Assembly (NCBI GenBank): GCA_002633005.1
Contig: NMRA01000289.1
Location: forward strand, 442,166 to 506,165
Origin: Phoronis australis
Taxonomy: Eukaryota; Animalia; Phoronida
DNA length: 64,000 nt
Direction of reading: 5' to 3'
Within the stretch, counting starts at the first letter, position 1. Each line of letters begins with the position of its first letter. Both the position numbers and the translations under genes were made by a program. The notes under the pieces are model-generated. The model searched no databases. It worked only from the letters and a program-made list of their open reading frames with translations, and was not told where the DNA came from. Positions 22,915-35,652 of this stretch are shown piece after piece.

Positions 22915-25900
22915 GAGTTATTGTTTCACAATAGCTTTCTGTCACCAAACACCGAATTAGCATATGCTCACGTAGCCTCGGGTGCCCGGTTATTTATTGC
23001 ATCTGACAACGGTAAAGCAGTATGATCTATTCATTTCTGGTTTCTCAAAACTTTTGCATCCACTAGCACTCCAAAGGCATAACAAATTGTATCTACTGAG
23101 GCAGACGCTTTTTTCAGTTTTATTAAACATTGGATAGGGCGAGAATAACTCAATTTGAAACAGAACAATGCCTGCCACAGACACGAGATATTTCATACTT
23201 GATATTAACGGCGTTGTTTTCATTCTTTACTGCAGCGAACCACTTCCGAAGCACTTCGGGTTCTCGAGAAAATCGAGAAAAAGGACAAACCCTCTTTAAT
23301 CGCAGCTTCATGGTTCGCACAAGCGGGAACGACACGCCACACTTTAGCGGCACACATTCCGCTGAAGAACTACGTACTGATGTCGCTTCGTGTAGTCTCC
23401 AGAAAGTAAAAGAATGTGAATTACAAGAGAAGTTAAGAAAAAAATGAAAGAAACAAGCGTCGATTGACCACTAAGTCTTGCACAATTTTGTTAAAAATTG
23501 GTGTTGGTCCGAGTCCCCTGGCCTTGGAGAATTAGTCGCTCAGTTAAGAGTTTGAAGAATACACAGGGTAGGTGGCGAATCCAGAATGGTTGTTTATACG
23601 AGCCTGGTAGATCTAGGTAGTGCATTTTCTAGTTCATTTATGTTTGTTGCAAGTGATGGGTCCCGTGCCGGGGATACGTATTTCATATTTGTAGGGATGA
23701 GTGACACATATGCTTGAGCTGTGGTGGCTTGTGGCCAGTGATCGAACTTCAGCAAATAAATGTGCTGTTCTGCCAGGCCAGTTAGTCTGAAAATTTACCG
23801 GCCAAGGTGCCAATTAACTTTTAAAAGTTACTGGCCTGGCCGCAAATCCAATGGCCCCGGGACACCGAGCCAGCGTGTATTTCGAACGCTTCTTGCGGCT
23901 ATTTCAAATGTCGTTTAAAAGTGCCAAGGGATTTGCTGGCTTTGGAACCATCATTGGAAGTGAATGTGATATCCAAGCATTCTGTGTCATCAATGGGGTA
24001 TTGCGACTAATTGTTATTGTAGCGTTGACTGCGATGATGGGGAAAGCCTTTTCTGTGGATGCGAATGTAGTTGCATTTGCCGATGTTGAAGTTAATCATT
24101 TTCTAATTGTTTTCCAATAAGGCAAGAGATTTGATGTCTTTCTGGAGGTGTTCAGCATCAAAGATGGATGTAATAGGTGTGTAGACTACAATATCATGTG
24201 AGAAGAGTCTTGTAGAAAAAGTTGAAATGAACTAAGGTAAGTCATTGTGGGAGAGCCTGACCAAGGATCGTCTCTTGAGTGAGAACACTATGATGGGCTG
24301 AACATATTTACCTTGCAAGTATGCAGCTCTATAAATCGTGAGTTTTTGAGTGTTTAACCGTGTATGCCTACGTTAAAATTGTGAATACCCAAGGCCGGAT
24401 ATGTTGTCACAATAACGGCGCAGCGATTGTTGCACTATAGTTTGATTAGTACTGTTATCTGATTACCTGCCGATGGACAGATGTCCTTTCACCACACAGA
24501 GAATCTTGCCCTTCCCCTTAATGGACAGAGATAGGTCAGTTTCAAAGCTCCACCATGACTCTTCACTTCTCAACGCATGGTCGGTAATCAACAGGATTAC
24601 CTTCTTGCTGCGACCGAGGCCTGAAGAATGAAATTATGTTATTAAATTAGACCTATCATCACTGGTCTCTTTGCACAAATACAACAAATTTTCTCTTTGA
24701 ATTCATGACCCCAGTCTGAGAGTTTTTAGCAATTGGCCGAGCGATGATTTTTGTCGCTCGCAGGTGAAAAATGCAAAATGCGCCCATTGGTATGACTTTC
24801 ACGACGGAACGCTTTTGTTTTTGTCTTTGTGTTCCTTAACTTTAATGAACTCTCGTTATTTCCTGAAAAGCACTCGTCAGTCTAGGATTTCTGCACGAAC
24901 CGTTAAAGTCTACATTAAATGCTGCACCAAAATCGACACAATGGTTGCTCAAATGACTGTTCCGTTGGGTCAGCCTCGTAAGGCGTGTGGTTGGATTTCG
25001 GTGATGGCGTCCGGCTTACTGACCAATGAGATCTCCTAGCCTCTAGACACCCCAAAACTGCATAGTCAATAATGTGCGACCTATGTTAAAGTGCAGCCTA
25101 TGTTTAAGTGCAGCCTATGTTGTACTATCCCATCTTGTTAAAAGGCTGTAGACATTCGACAAGAATCCAAAGTGAGACATCAATGTTTGAATTACATTCA
25201 TGTAGGTGGCTGTGTTCACGATGTTCAACTACTGGGATGCCTATCGCAAGCCTTGTCACTCCACAAAGCTCTTGTATGGTCTCACATCTACTACTTTCTC
25301 AAGAAGTATGCTACGTTTTCGTCACTGATTCGCCCCGTGCCATTGCAGATGCGACATGACCTCTTGTCTGCGGTAAGGCATCCCTACACTACAACTGTGT
25401 GGTCGCTAATGTAGCGCGATAATCACGAAGATACAGGCGATGGCTCTGTCATAGGTCGTAGGCCCTGTCTTCACTAACATTTTATTAACTTGGCTTGTGA
25501 AAACGGTCAGAAAATCTGAATACGAAAAGTTAACAACTCGTCATCACTTGCATTGTTTCGTTCCCTGAAGTGTCGGATTTACAATGACGTCCTTCAACCG
25601 TCGGAGCATGTGGCATACAACCTTGCATAAAACGGGCCTCGTTCAAGTGCGGAGGATAACCTATCCATTTACCTCTAACAAGTTACAATGTAAACAATTT
25701 AATAATTAAAAGTGAAAAAGGCAACAGTCACAAAAATGACAGTTGCTACTAGAATGAAATTAATTCAGCTGCTTTGATGTATTATACTTTTCAACTCAAA
25801 ACAATACGATTGCAATACAGGAAACTGTAGCTGGTTTGGCTCTGGTGGTCACATCAGAGTAAAGAAACATAGCAACATTTCTTAGATAATTAAGATGAAG

Positions 25901-28900
25901 AACTGCCTTAAATCGGCAGTGCTCCTACCTAACCGTTTTCAGCAGCCATCGCAAGAAATAAACAAGGTCAAACGGATTATGGTCTCAGACGACATACATG
26001 TGTTGACGGAACTTTCGACACACCGACAAGAAGTTTATTGCGGTGGCCAAATTTACTGCTGTGGATTAACCTTTCCCACAGAATTACGCATCCGAACTAA
26101 ATTTTACGCTGCTCACTGATCCCATGTCTGAAGAGAAGTAAATTTATTACAGCAGTAAATTTAGTCCGGTAGGAAATGACTTTTTCAATAAAGTTAAGCC
26201 GATTGCTGTCAGTAAAAATCGTTACTCGGAGGGATGAAAAGTTCAATGGGAACGTAGTTTGTGACGTCCACTTAAAGTAGCATTAAACCTGTGTTTCTGT
26301 ATAAATTTGATTTAGGCCACCTACCGCTATAAATTTTATCTTGCTCAATTTATAAGTGACATTGCGAAATTTCTTCAGACCAAGCTTATAAAAGTTTAGA
26401 TCATCAGAAATTTTATGAGGTTAGTCTGAAGAAATGGCAAACTTTCAGTTCTTTTGGAACTTTGAAATCACCTCCAATTCGACTAAATTACGGTACAATT
26501 TGAGACCAATTTTATATGGTAAGTGGAATTAACCAAAAGTGTTTTATAATCAGGAAGCACGAGCTGAATTCCGATTTAACTAGAAACAATGCAAAATTGC
26601 TGACGACGAGGAAGTACGCTCACATTTTCTTCACCTCTAATAAAGATTAAGCTTCCCAAGCTTAAGTCCACTTTCTTTTTTGACGGCTGTTACATGGCCC
26701 TCTTCTATTTTCCCTTGTACCTCACTGCGCCAGAGCTTTTTGAGTGACAGGCAAATTGCACCCAGTACATGTCGCTAATTTTGTTGGAGTAACGATTTCA
26801 ATTCCGAAAGCCGTGTGCAGTGCTACGTGAATGTACAATGCTACGATACTAGATAAAGTTTGTATCTGAGATATAGACTATGATCACGACGGAGTAGACT
26901 TTTGGAAAGATAATTCTTAATATGGTAAGAGTAAGGTAAACTAACTGATGGCATGTCGTGTACACTTGAGCAAGTGAGAAACGTAAGCAGACTCCAGACA
27001 CAGATTTGAACATATTCTCGATCTTCGTAACCTAATCATGTGGATGGGACATTTGGCCACGGTTAAGATGCCAATGTTGAATTCTTAACCGAAGCGCTAA
27101 TCCGATCTCAAATTGTTGCCAAATGAGCCGGCGACTTACATCACTGACAATTTTAAGATTGGCCAGCCCCTGAAGCGTTTAATTGAATCGTCGATGCTCA
27201 CTGTTGATGTTCTTGTTGGTAGTTTAAATGGAATCCTAAGCAAGACGAAATACAGCATTCACCCTTGCTTTCAAAGTTGAACTCTAAAAGAACGCAACTT
27301 GTGTTTGCTCGATAGAACTGTTGGCAAAGTAATTTTTGTGAGCTCACCGTCAAAAATGCTGTCGTAATGATCTCCCGGAACCGGAGCATTTCTGTCGTGA
27401 ATATAAATATCCAGTCCATGATCTCCCTCAAGAATCGCAGCCATTTCCACAGCAACATCACAGTCACGACTTTCGTACGCTAAATAAGCGTCATACCTAA
27501 GGTCATCGTTGGCTTCAGGATGTTGCCGAAATAACTTGTAGATGACGTAGCGGATGTGTCCTCTTCTGTACCACCCTACGTGTGGGTTTATACATTAATA
27601 GTGAACTGAAACTTTCACGCAATAGCGAACTGATTGGATAAGTAGTTCCTCGTCCACAATTTTAAGAGTTTTACAAAATTAAGCCTGGCTTGATGCCGTG
27701 TAAACCATTTAAGAAGGTCTTGCAAGTATTGTTTACGGGGATGGCATCCGCGTTCAGTATCATTTTTGGTTAAATTACGATTTTCTTTATGTTGCAGTAA
27801 AATCAAATTGTCTCAGGTTTTAATTAATTGCCGTCACTACGGAAATGATGCTCGCGGTCCGAATCATTACCCGCCATCTTTGTTTGTGTGACGATATATT
27901 GTGGACAGCTGTTGATAACGGTCTACCTTGTTACAACCTGACGTTTACAATGGCGCTTCTGATCATGTCAAGCACACTCCGAAGTGTATAATACTTGTAG
28001 CGGGAAATGAGTGGCCGCGAACGTCACTTGCGGAGTGACGCATTCAGAAAATCGTAATTTAGCCAAAAATGCCACTAAAACGGTTGCCCTCACATTTAGA
28101 AACTGTTAGCTGGACTCGATTAGGTTACTTTACAATGCAATTACGAAGTTATAGTCAACATGTAAGAACAATAACCGAAAATTACCTACTTAGAAATGTC
28201 TTGCAAAAGCAATCTTACCCACTGTTGCCAACATCACCAGAATCGTTCCAGCTACCAATGAGCTGGTAAGAACAGTCACGATATTCGACATACATTCGTC
28301 GCGAAAATTCTCGAGATCTTTTATTAAAACGTCTTCCAAATTTCGTGGTTTGCCTTTATAACTACACGTATAGGTATTTCTTCCAGAAAATATTACACTG
28401 GTAGTTCTCAACCAGTCGAGGAAGTTCAGAGTAGCGCAAGAACACAGAAGGATGTTTCCAGAGAGGTCTAATATCAGTCCGTGCTGCTCTGCGATAGAAT
28501 CTAGTGCAGATGTCTCGTTTGATGATAGAAATAAAATGGCATTCTTGGACAGATTGAGAAACTCTAACATAGGAAAGTTTTCCAGTCTTAAACCTAATTT
28601 GTCGAGTTTGTTGTTCGCTAAGTGTATTCTTGTCAACTTTGCATTACCCGCTAAGCATTCCGCAGCAAGTTTATTCAAATAATTGCTGGACAAATCTATT
28701 TCCAAGAGAGTTCTTACGTTCTCAAAAACGTCAGCAAATTGGTCGGGGCTCATTTCCAGTCCGAGTAGATTGTCTTGTAATTCTATCACCTTTATTGACG
28801 GAAAATGGGAAAATAGACCCGGTCTGATGTACACGAGATGGTTATTTCGAAGTACCACATGGGTCAGTAACGTTAGACCAAGTAATTTCATTCCAAGTCG

Positions 28901-31900
28901 CCCAATTCTGTTTTCTGACAAGTCAACAAACTTTAAGTTATTCGGCGCAAACTGCACAGATATATTGAACGAGAGTATTATATTGTGAATCATATAGACT
29001 TTCTCCAGTCTCGGAGGCAGAGGTATCTGAAACCTGTCGGCGACATCATTCGTTGCGGACGTCTCCCGTCTCAGTCTTCGATTCCTTTTGTCCTTGTTAG
29101 GAGAGGCGTATTCTGGAAAAAGGGAAAACGTCAACCAAACTTGTCGTCCACAATACTTTTGTGCACATTCGAATTTCAGCTACGGTTCCCCTGTGATCAT
29201 TCAAATGAAACCGACAGAGCTAAAACCAAATTTTGTATGGATGTCAGAAATAAAAAATACTTCGACGCACTTCTAGATTTCAGCCTTGGCAGTGGGAACG
29301 CTGTGTTCCAGGGAAGGTTAAACAAAAAACAACTTTCAAAGCAAATTCACAGACTGAGTCAGTGTGAGCTAGTTATCGCTGGGCGCGGGATCGAATCTCT
29401 ATACTCGAAATTCAACTCGGAAATTGACTAATTGCATGGACGCATCGAGTTCAAAAATTTTATCCTGTATTCATGAAGCCCAAAAACTATAAAGTAGTTA
29501 GAGAAACGTGAGCAAAATTTTCTGAAATTTGAAAGTAAAGGAAACTATACAAAACACAAAACTGATCTTTAGGCCACACGTTCGGGACTGATTTGAGTCT
29601 GAGCTCGTAGATTACACCACGTTTGAGGCCTCATTTGATCATGTGTCAGTCACTGATCCCACGTGATCAGCCTCCATTAGCCTATCCACGCATGATCTAA
29701 GGTGGCTCCTGTATGAATTAATGATACTTGCCGATAGGAACAGAACGCAACGATTTATGGTGCCTTCAATCTTTGTAGCCGTTACAGTTTCTCTTTGAAA
29801 GGCAGGCGAGACACCACTTTGGGAAGCATATTTACAATAGGTTTCCAACATAAATCAATTTATCTAGAAACATTACCGATAAATGCCGAGTCAATCGGAT
29901 AGATGGAATATCGTTCACATCCCCAATTTTTTGTGAATTGCCAACTGACGTGGACTTCCCTCAAGTATTTCTTACGAATGAGATTGATGACCATGAACAG
30001 CGTCTCTTCGCTGACACCTGTAAATACAACTGCCTTTAGACATTTATCACTCGCCCTGAAGTAGAAATTGTAATTCCACAACAAAGTCACATTTTTCGAT
30101 CAGCTCAGACTCAACCAAAGTTTTAATTTTTCTCATTTCTATTGAAAAATCTTTAAAAGTTGTGCGCGCATGTAATTTCCTCAGGGGTCAGAGTCAGAAC
30201 AAAGATGGTGGACTTATCAACCACATGGCTATGACGTCACACTTCCCAAGAGACTTCTGATAACAATCAACACTGCAGTTAAGACGATTATGAAAACCTC
30301 AGAAACAACTTTTGATTTATAACACTTAGCCCTATAAAATTGGCCTAAACCGTTGTTCATGCCATCAATTGTAGTACGACGACACTTGGTTTACTCCAAA
30401 ATCCAACTGCCGCGTAGTGGTTTGGTAATTGGCCCAATTATGTTGCGCACCCAGCAGAGTCAATGAGGAACATATTATTGCAAAATTAAACAAACGTTTT
30501 AGGTTGTAAAATTCACATTTTTTGTCCAACTTTCAAAATTAAAAAATGTAATCAGGTGTGCTTTACGCGAGTTATTCAAAAACACTTCAAAGTTTCAAAA
30601 CGAAAATTTATAATTGCTATTGCCGCACCCAATGACGGGTCTCATTAACTAGAGAATGTTAACATCACCAGCCTCAGTTGATTTAAATAACCACAACAGC
30701 GTGGTGTCTTTGATCTAAACCGGTAGATTCTGAGGTGCGTAAACCGGTCTAGTTGCCCAATCTCGATCGGTTAAGGTATCAACGTACATGTAGGTTTCTT
30801 TTCATGTCCTTACTCAGTTAGACCCAACTCCAATGTATTGTGACTGGCGGACAGTTTGATACTAATTTCATAATGGAAATTTAAAATCGATTTTATAGTG
30901 GAAGTGTTTCTAGAGTGTAACAGCTATAAATACAAGTGCAAGGTTCTTGAAAAACAATTCTTTCCGGATTTCATGAGAAGAGTCTTCCCTTAATGCCCAC
31001 CAGAACATTATTTATTAGCATATGCATCGCTGTTTTACAGAAGTTGGCGGCAATTTGATACCATAACATGTACGTTGATAGTGTATTCGCTTGTATTCAT
31101 ATTTTATACAAAGTCGTCAATCGGAACACGTCAACTATTTTCGTTGTCTCAAAATTCTACTTTGAGGTGGTTTCGTAACTGCGCGTGTCCAAACTTTGGT
31201 TATTTGACCGGGCTGCCTTCCGGAGACCAAATTCACTAAGCGTGAAATCTTCGCTTATGGTGAATTATATCTCATAATTCAAAATTCCAACCTCACCGAC
31301 TTAGAATCACTTCAATGACCTCCCTTTTTCGTAGAATGCGCAGACATGTTCCCGAGCATACTTGCTTTCAGTATGATCTTTCTTAACCATGTGACTATCA
31401 AAGTTTTAAACCGCAGCGTTGTCGTTCTGGTGGAACATGTGATCCATAACGACCTTCGGCTCAGGCTTGAAAGCTGGGGTCGGTAGATGTAGAGCAAACC
31501 GCAACCAAGTAGTGTAAGTCTCAAAGTTCTACGTTTTGTAAATAATACGTCTGGTCGCTATTTGACTGATGATCAGACAGCTCACTGAAATTTGTGAGTA
31601 CTGAAGTACCCGAAGTGTTCCGGGCGGATGGGTATCATTGCAAGTGACCGTGGTTGTCAGAATGACTCTGAATATTTTAATACTAGTCCTAAAACCTATT
31701 CCCCTGCTCAAAGTGGAACTCCATAAAACAATGTATCAAAGCTAATTTGGAGTTGGTATTCGAATCAGGAGATTAGATTACGCGGCCCTGGTTACATGTA
31801 TAGTTTAATGTTAGAGAACACAATATGACAAACTGAAAGCAATTTCCTGAAAAATTACATATTTGAATGTATGCAACCTATTCAAGTCACCTAATCTAGT

Positions 31901-32941
31901 ACATATACACCTCGCAAAAATTGTATCAGCATAAAATTGTAACGTTTCCTTACAGATGAAATTAAAATCTCCATTGAGGAACTCCAAGTGCTCGAGATAC
32001 GTAAACATTAAGTTTCCACCTTGGCCAAGTGGCATCAGTTTGTTGAAACGAACACTGAAGTGCTTTATTTTTGTTCCCCTTAGAGAATCGAAATCTGACT
32101 GGTCGGCATCTATCATGTGTTTTACACTGTGTCGCATGTTGACGCTGTCAATGATGAGGGTACGAATAGAGGTTTTGTTGATACCAGCCAGCCCCTTTAT
32201 CACTCCTTGAAATGTCAAGTCTTCGTTGCAGGAAAGATCCAGAAACGACAAGTTTTTAAGTTGTGCAAAAGTATTCGGCACAATTGTCTTCAAATTTGTT
32301 TGACGTAATGACAGTCTTTCCAAGCCCAGTGAAGTGTTGCTCGAAAAACTACTCGGTGATATTTCGAGGATACTGCTATGCTCCAGATCAAGGATTCGCA
32401 AATTTTTAAAGTTGGACAAAACAACTCCGATGTTCGGCACAATCCCAGCGAAGAAGTATACGAATTGCAAAAACGTTCCAAGTCGGAATATGCAATCTGC
32501 GTTTGTTTTAATATATTTGAGTGATAGCACTTCAAGACTTTTTAATGGTGAAAACACATCGCAGTTTGTTATGTTCAAGTCATTTTCCGAAAGGTTCAAT
32601 TTCTTCATACGAGTCATGTCCATGAAAACTTCATCACTCAAAAAACGTAGACGATTTTGAGACAAATTCAAATCTATTAGTGACGAGTAAGGACGGATGT
32701 CACTTCTCGAGACAGTATAAATTTTGTTATTCGAGAGATCTATACTCGTCACTGATTTCGGCAAGATTGGGAAGGCAACCAAACCCAGATTAGAACAAGA
32801 TATCGCTGTAATGACGCCATTTATTGTATTGTTGGTGCAACCGAGAGGCACAACGTCTGATATTTTTGACGCTTCGCTGCCACGAGCGTGTTGTATCCGA
32901 ATTACACACAGTAAAGCGATAAAGCAGTCAAGATGAATCAT
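18101..32941 (-). CDS. Toll-like receptor A (single-cysteine-cluster type), 7 coding exons, 878 aa
   Basis: complement(join(32941-31954,30017-29877,29112-28219,27575-27348,24620-24467,18659-18514,18186-18101)) = 2637 nt, all GT-AG and in phase. Signal peptide, LRRNT, LRRs (LxxLxLxxN), LRRCT (LSGNILLCSC...YTC...DEC), TM (IVTVLTSSLVAGTILVMLATVGWY), TIR box1 YDAYLAY, box2 IYIHDRNAPVPG, box3 YLVWP...FW. Every junction is mirrored in the paralog. Confidence 0.93.
18514..18659 (-). CDS. TLR-A coding exon 6 (TIR box 3)
   Basis: RLNRKLRYLMADDTYLVWPEDNDVEKMFTFWRHVAVAI; 146 nt. Confidence 0.92.
19534..20055. mobile_element. hAT-like MITE remnant
   Basis: Imperfect TIRs TACTTGCCAAC ... GTTGACAACTATG with GTCCC(G/A) subterminal repeats. 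Confidence 0.4.
22156..23400. mobile_element. Kolobok-type non-autonomous DNA transposon, copy 1, with degenerate THAP domain (-), in a TLR-A intron
   Basis: TTAA|AGGAGAATGCCACC left end; colinear with 39868-41380; THAP remnant REPEVLRKWFAAVK...SRVCGRH; right TIR not found. Confidence 0.7.
22870..22908. repeat. (CA)n microsatellite
   Basis: About 19 CA units. Confidence 0.95.
24467..24620 (-). CDS. TLR-A coding exon 5 (TIR core)
   Basis: GLGRSKKVILLITDHALRSEESWWSFETDLSLSIKGKGKILCVVKGHLSIG; 154 nt; near-identical to 50142-50295. Confidence 0.92.
27348..27575 (-). CDS. TLR-A coding exon 4 (juxtamembrane, TIR box 1/2)
   Basis: WYRRGHIRYVIYKLFRQ...YDAYLAYESRD...IYIHDRNAPVPGDHYDSIFD; 228 nt. 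Confidence 0.93.
28219..29112 (-). CDS. TLR-A coding exon 3 (loop, C-terminal LRRs, LRRCT, TM)
   Basis: ORF 28190..29134; cttttccag acceptor; GTAAGA donor. Confidence 0.94.
29877..30017 (-). CDS. TLR-A coding exon 2 (VSEETLF...LREVHVSWQ...GCERYSIYPIDSAFI)
   Basis: 141 nt, phase 1-1, homologous to 55265-55405. Confidence 0.88.
31954..32941 (-). CDS. TLR-A coding exon 1 (signal peptide, LRRNT, N-terminal LRRs)
   Basis: ORF 31811..32941; acceptor tttgcag 8 nt before the ATG; donor ATCT|GTAAGG at the position homologous to TLR-B. Confidence 0.93.
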
Positions 32942-33017
32942 CCTTCCACCTGCAAAATATTGAAACAGGATATCAGTGATAATTTAAAACTGCATTTCTC
33001 TCTAATTTCAAACTGTA

Positions 33018-33148
33018 ATAAACTACTGTTACTGTTATAAACTATTGTTACCGTTATAAACTATTGTTACTGTTATAAACTATTGTTACTGTTATAACCT
33101 ATTGTTACTGTTATAAACTATTGTTACTGTTATAAACTATTGTTACTG
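33018..33148. repeat. Minisatellite, about 7 x 19 bp (ATAAACTATTGTTACTGTT), just upstream of the TLR-A ATG exon
   Basis: Direct reading. Confidence 0.95.
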
Positions 33149-35557
33149 GCTAAAACGAAAATCAAATGCATTTTACTCCCATAAAATCGGTCTCGTATTA
33201 TTCCTTACCGTGATAGGATTCCATTGCCTTTACCAACTCAAGTCTCAGCCAATGCGTACATGTGCTGTTTTCGAATTCGGACATTTAGGGTTGGTCAACC
33301 CCAAAAAAACTCCGAAGTGTTTTCTCGAGTCGCTGATATTGTTGATAATAACAGATATACAAACCAGTCGGATAAGAAATATTATGAGACCGATTCTATG
33401 AGACTAAACGACCTACATGTAAGTCGATTTTCAAGGCTAAAATGCTGATTTAAATCTTTCCCTCCAACGCATGGAGTGAAAATGGAAATAATGAAGTTGG
33501 ATGATTGCCTTTGATAATATGATGGCAAAATATAATCTTGCCATTATTAGAATTAGTCAGCCGGCCAAAGTTTCATGCCTGAAGCAAAATAATGAGTTAC
33601 CGGCTTTCTATACACTGCAGCAGAGAGGTCTTTTTCAAGATATCTATTTTATAACATAGTTGGATATGGGGGTGGGGATGAGTGGCCCTTTTTATATAAT
33701 TAATTTTAATTACTTACTCATAAATCAGATGAATGGTACAAAGATAGCACAAGTTCATGACTTCCACACATTGTTAAATTTTTGTAGAATATGTATCTTT
33801 CTATTTTATAATACGAAAAACAAATTATTTTTAAGTGTTGGATACATGGTTTATGAATCATTTGCCACTGATTGATCATTAATATCTAGCGATATAAGTG
33901 GTATTTAGTAAGAATTAATAATAAAGTTAGCACTTTTGATTCTGAAATCTTCTGAAAGTATGGTCCTAACACGAGAAGTAATGGATACATTCACTTCTTG
34001 GTTTAACCATGGAAACAAGGAGGACTAATTCACGCGACCGGTGCAGATTGATGATATCATCTCGTTTTTTCCTCAAAAGGTACACATTTTGGAATGTCTC
34101 CCATTTTACATAAACAAGTATTCGTGCTTGAAAGTCTACGAGTCATTTCAATTTCTTAACAATGCTAAAATACATGAAGCAAATTATTGACTATTTTCCA
34201 TCATTCATCAGATAGTTGGGACTTAAGCACCAAAACCCGTTTGATTTCATTTTTTTGTTTTTATATTAACTGAAATACTAAAGTCAGAAATATTTTTCTG
34301 CATTCTTCCTCAAAAACAGGAACTTTGCATTTTGCAGAGAACGTTAAACCTAAAACATTGGAAGATTGTAAATAATGAATTAGAAATATTCTGTTTAGTC
34401 ATACAAAAATAAAGTGTCAGGTGAAAGTACCCACAAACCTTTCTGCTACAGCTGAGGTCCCACTGGCTACTACACGTATATTCAAATATGAAGGCAAAAT
34501 GAAAGTGGCAAGTTCTTACTTAGGGAACTGTGCGTAATAGGCCATGGGCGGTAGGCCAGAGGAGGCCTGGAAAACCACTTCTGTGACCACTTTAAGGGGG
34601 CAATTTAATTCAGGTGTTTTTGATGTCCCAAATCATTGCACTTTATGAATAAAAGTAATAAAAAAAAATGTTTCGTGATGTTAAATCACCTAAAGTGAAC
34701 CTGCGTTTGCTGTCAATTTTACAAAATTGCCCACTTAACAATCTAACACATGAAAGTTTGTCTCAAGTTTGATTGTTGTCATGACGTCAACAGCATTGTT
34801 GGACAAGCGCAACGTGACACGTGATGGATTAACATCATCGTTATTTTGGTCCAAGTCAAGACTAAAATAGTTTCATGAAACGAAGCAGTGGAAATCGGGA
34901 GTTAAGGATTTTTTACTTAAAGAATAACGTAGAAAATAAATCCGAAACTAAAAGAGGCGATCCAGATCCTCCAAAGGATACACTTGCTTGTCGAAAAGTA
35001 GAATAAATATCAGTAAATAAAACAACAAAAAAGGATCACTGAAATTTTCGGATATAGTAACATCCTTCGTCAACAGAAACAGAAATAAAGTAAAATCAAA
35101 CACTATATGACAATTGACATATGATATATGGCGTAATGAGCATGATACATTGTTGCGGAAAAAGGTAAAGGATATAATTTAAGAAGTTTTATGTTCAATC
35201 CATTAGGTTCAAGTGTGTTGAACTTATTTATCCAAAATTGTTCTCTTTTGAGTCTGTGAGGTTTACTGGGGTATTAGAGTTTCTCTATTATTTGTACAGA
35301 AAGACCTTGTAGATTGTTTTTTGGAATTGAAATGATTACCTATAGTATCAGAAATGTTTTTGTGTACATATGAAGGACAAACTCAACATAATCTTTAAAC
35401 TCGGTTTTGCAATCATAGATTTAACATAATACGTCTCCAATTTTAATAAAGAAGCATAACAGACCAATTCCGTTACCGTAAGTGGCCTGCTCTTTCGTGA
35501 TGTGATGCGGGTTTATTGCCGCTTCAATGAAAATACATGTACGTGATATTATGTAAA

Positions 35558-35652
35558 ACTTACGTCAAGCTGCCGAGAAGCAATCGACACAATCCTTAAA
35601 ACATCGAAATGCAAAGCAAAACCTGAATTTAACGAATGAGTTTTTATTTATA
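35558..35652 (-). promoter_or_regulatory. Candidate TLR-A core promoter and short 5'UTR exon
   Basis: On -, TATAAA at 35652-35647 and a perfect GTAAGT donor at 35563-35558. The ATG exon starts with a splice acceptor, so an upstream non-coding exon is expected. Not verified. Confidence 0.3.

Noticed and set aside
23150-23353. THAP-domain host gene
   Set aside because: Frameshifted, lies inside a TTAA-flanked repeat present twice; transposon remnant
28452-28988. Plus-strand ORFs overlapping the TLR exons (also 31956-32936, 53503-53817, 57118-57954)
   Set aside because: Antisense shadows of the LRR coding sequence with no independent signal
31811-31953. ORF continuation past the TLR-A exon 1 donor (also 56907-56977 in TLR-B), suggesting secreted LRR-only proteins
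   Set aside because: Homologous phase-1 donors match the next exon, and the read-through peptides are not conserved; a soluble isoform cannot be shown without transcripts
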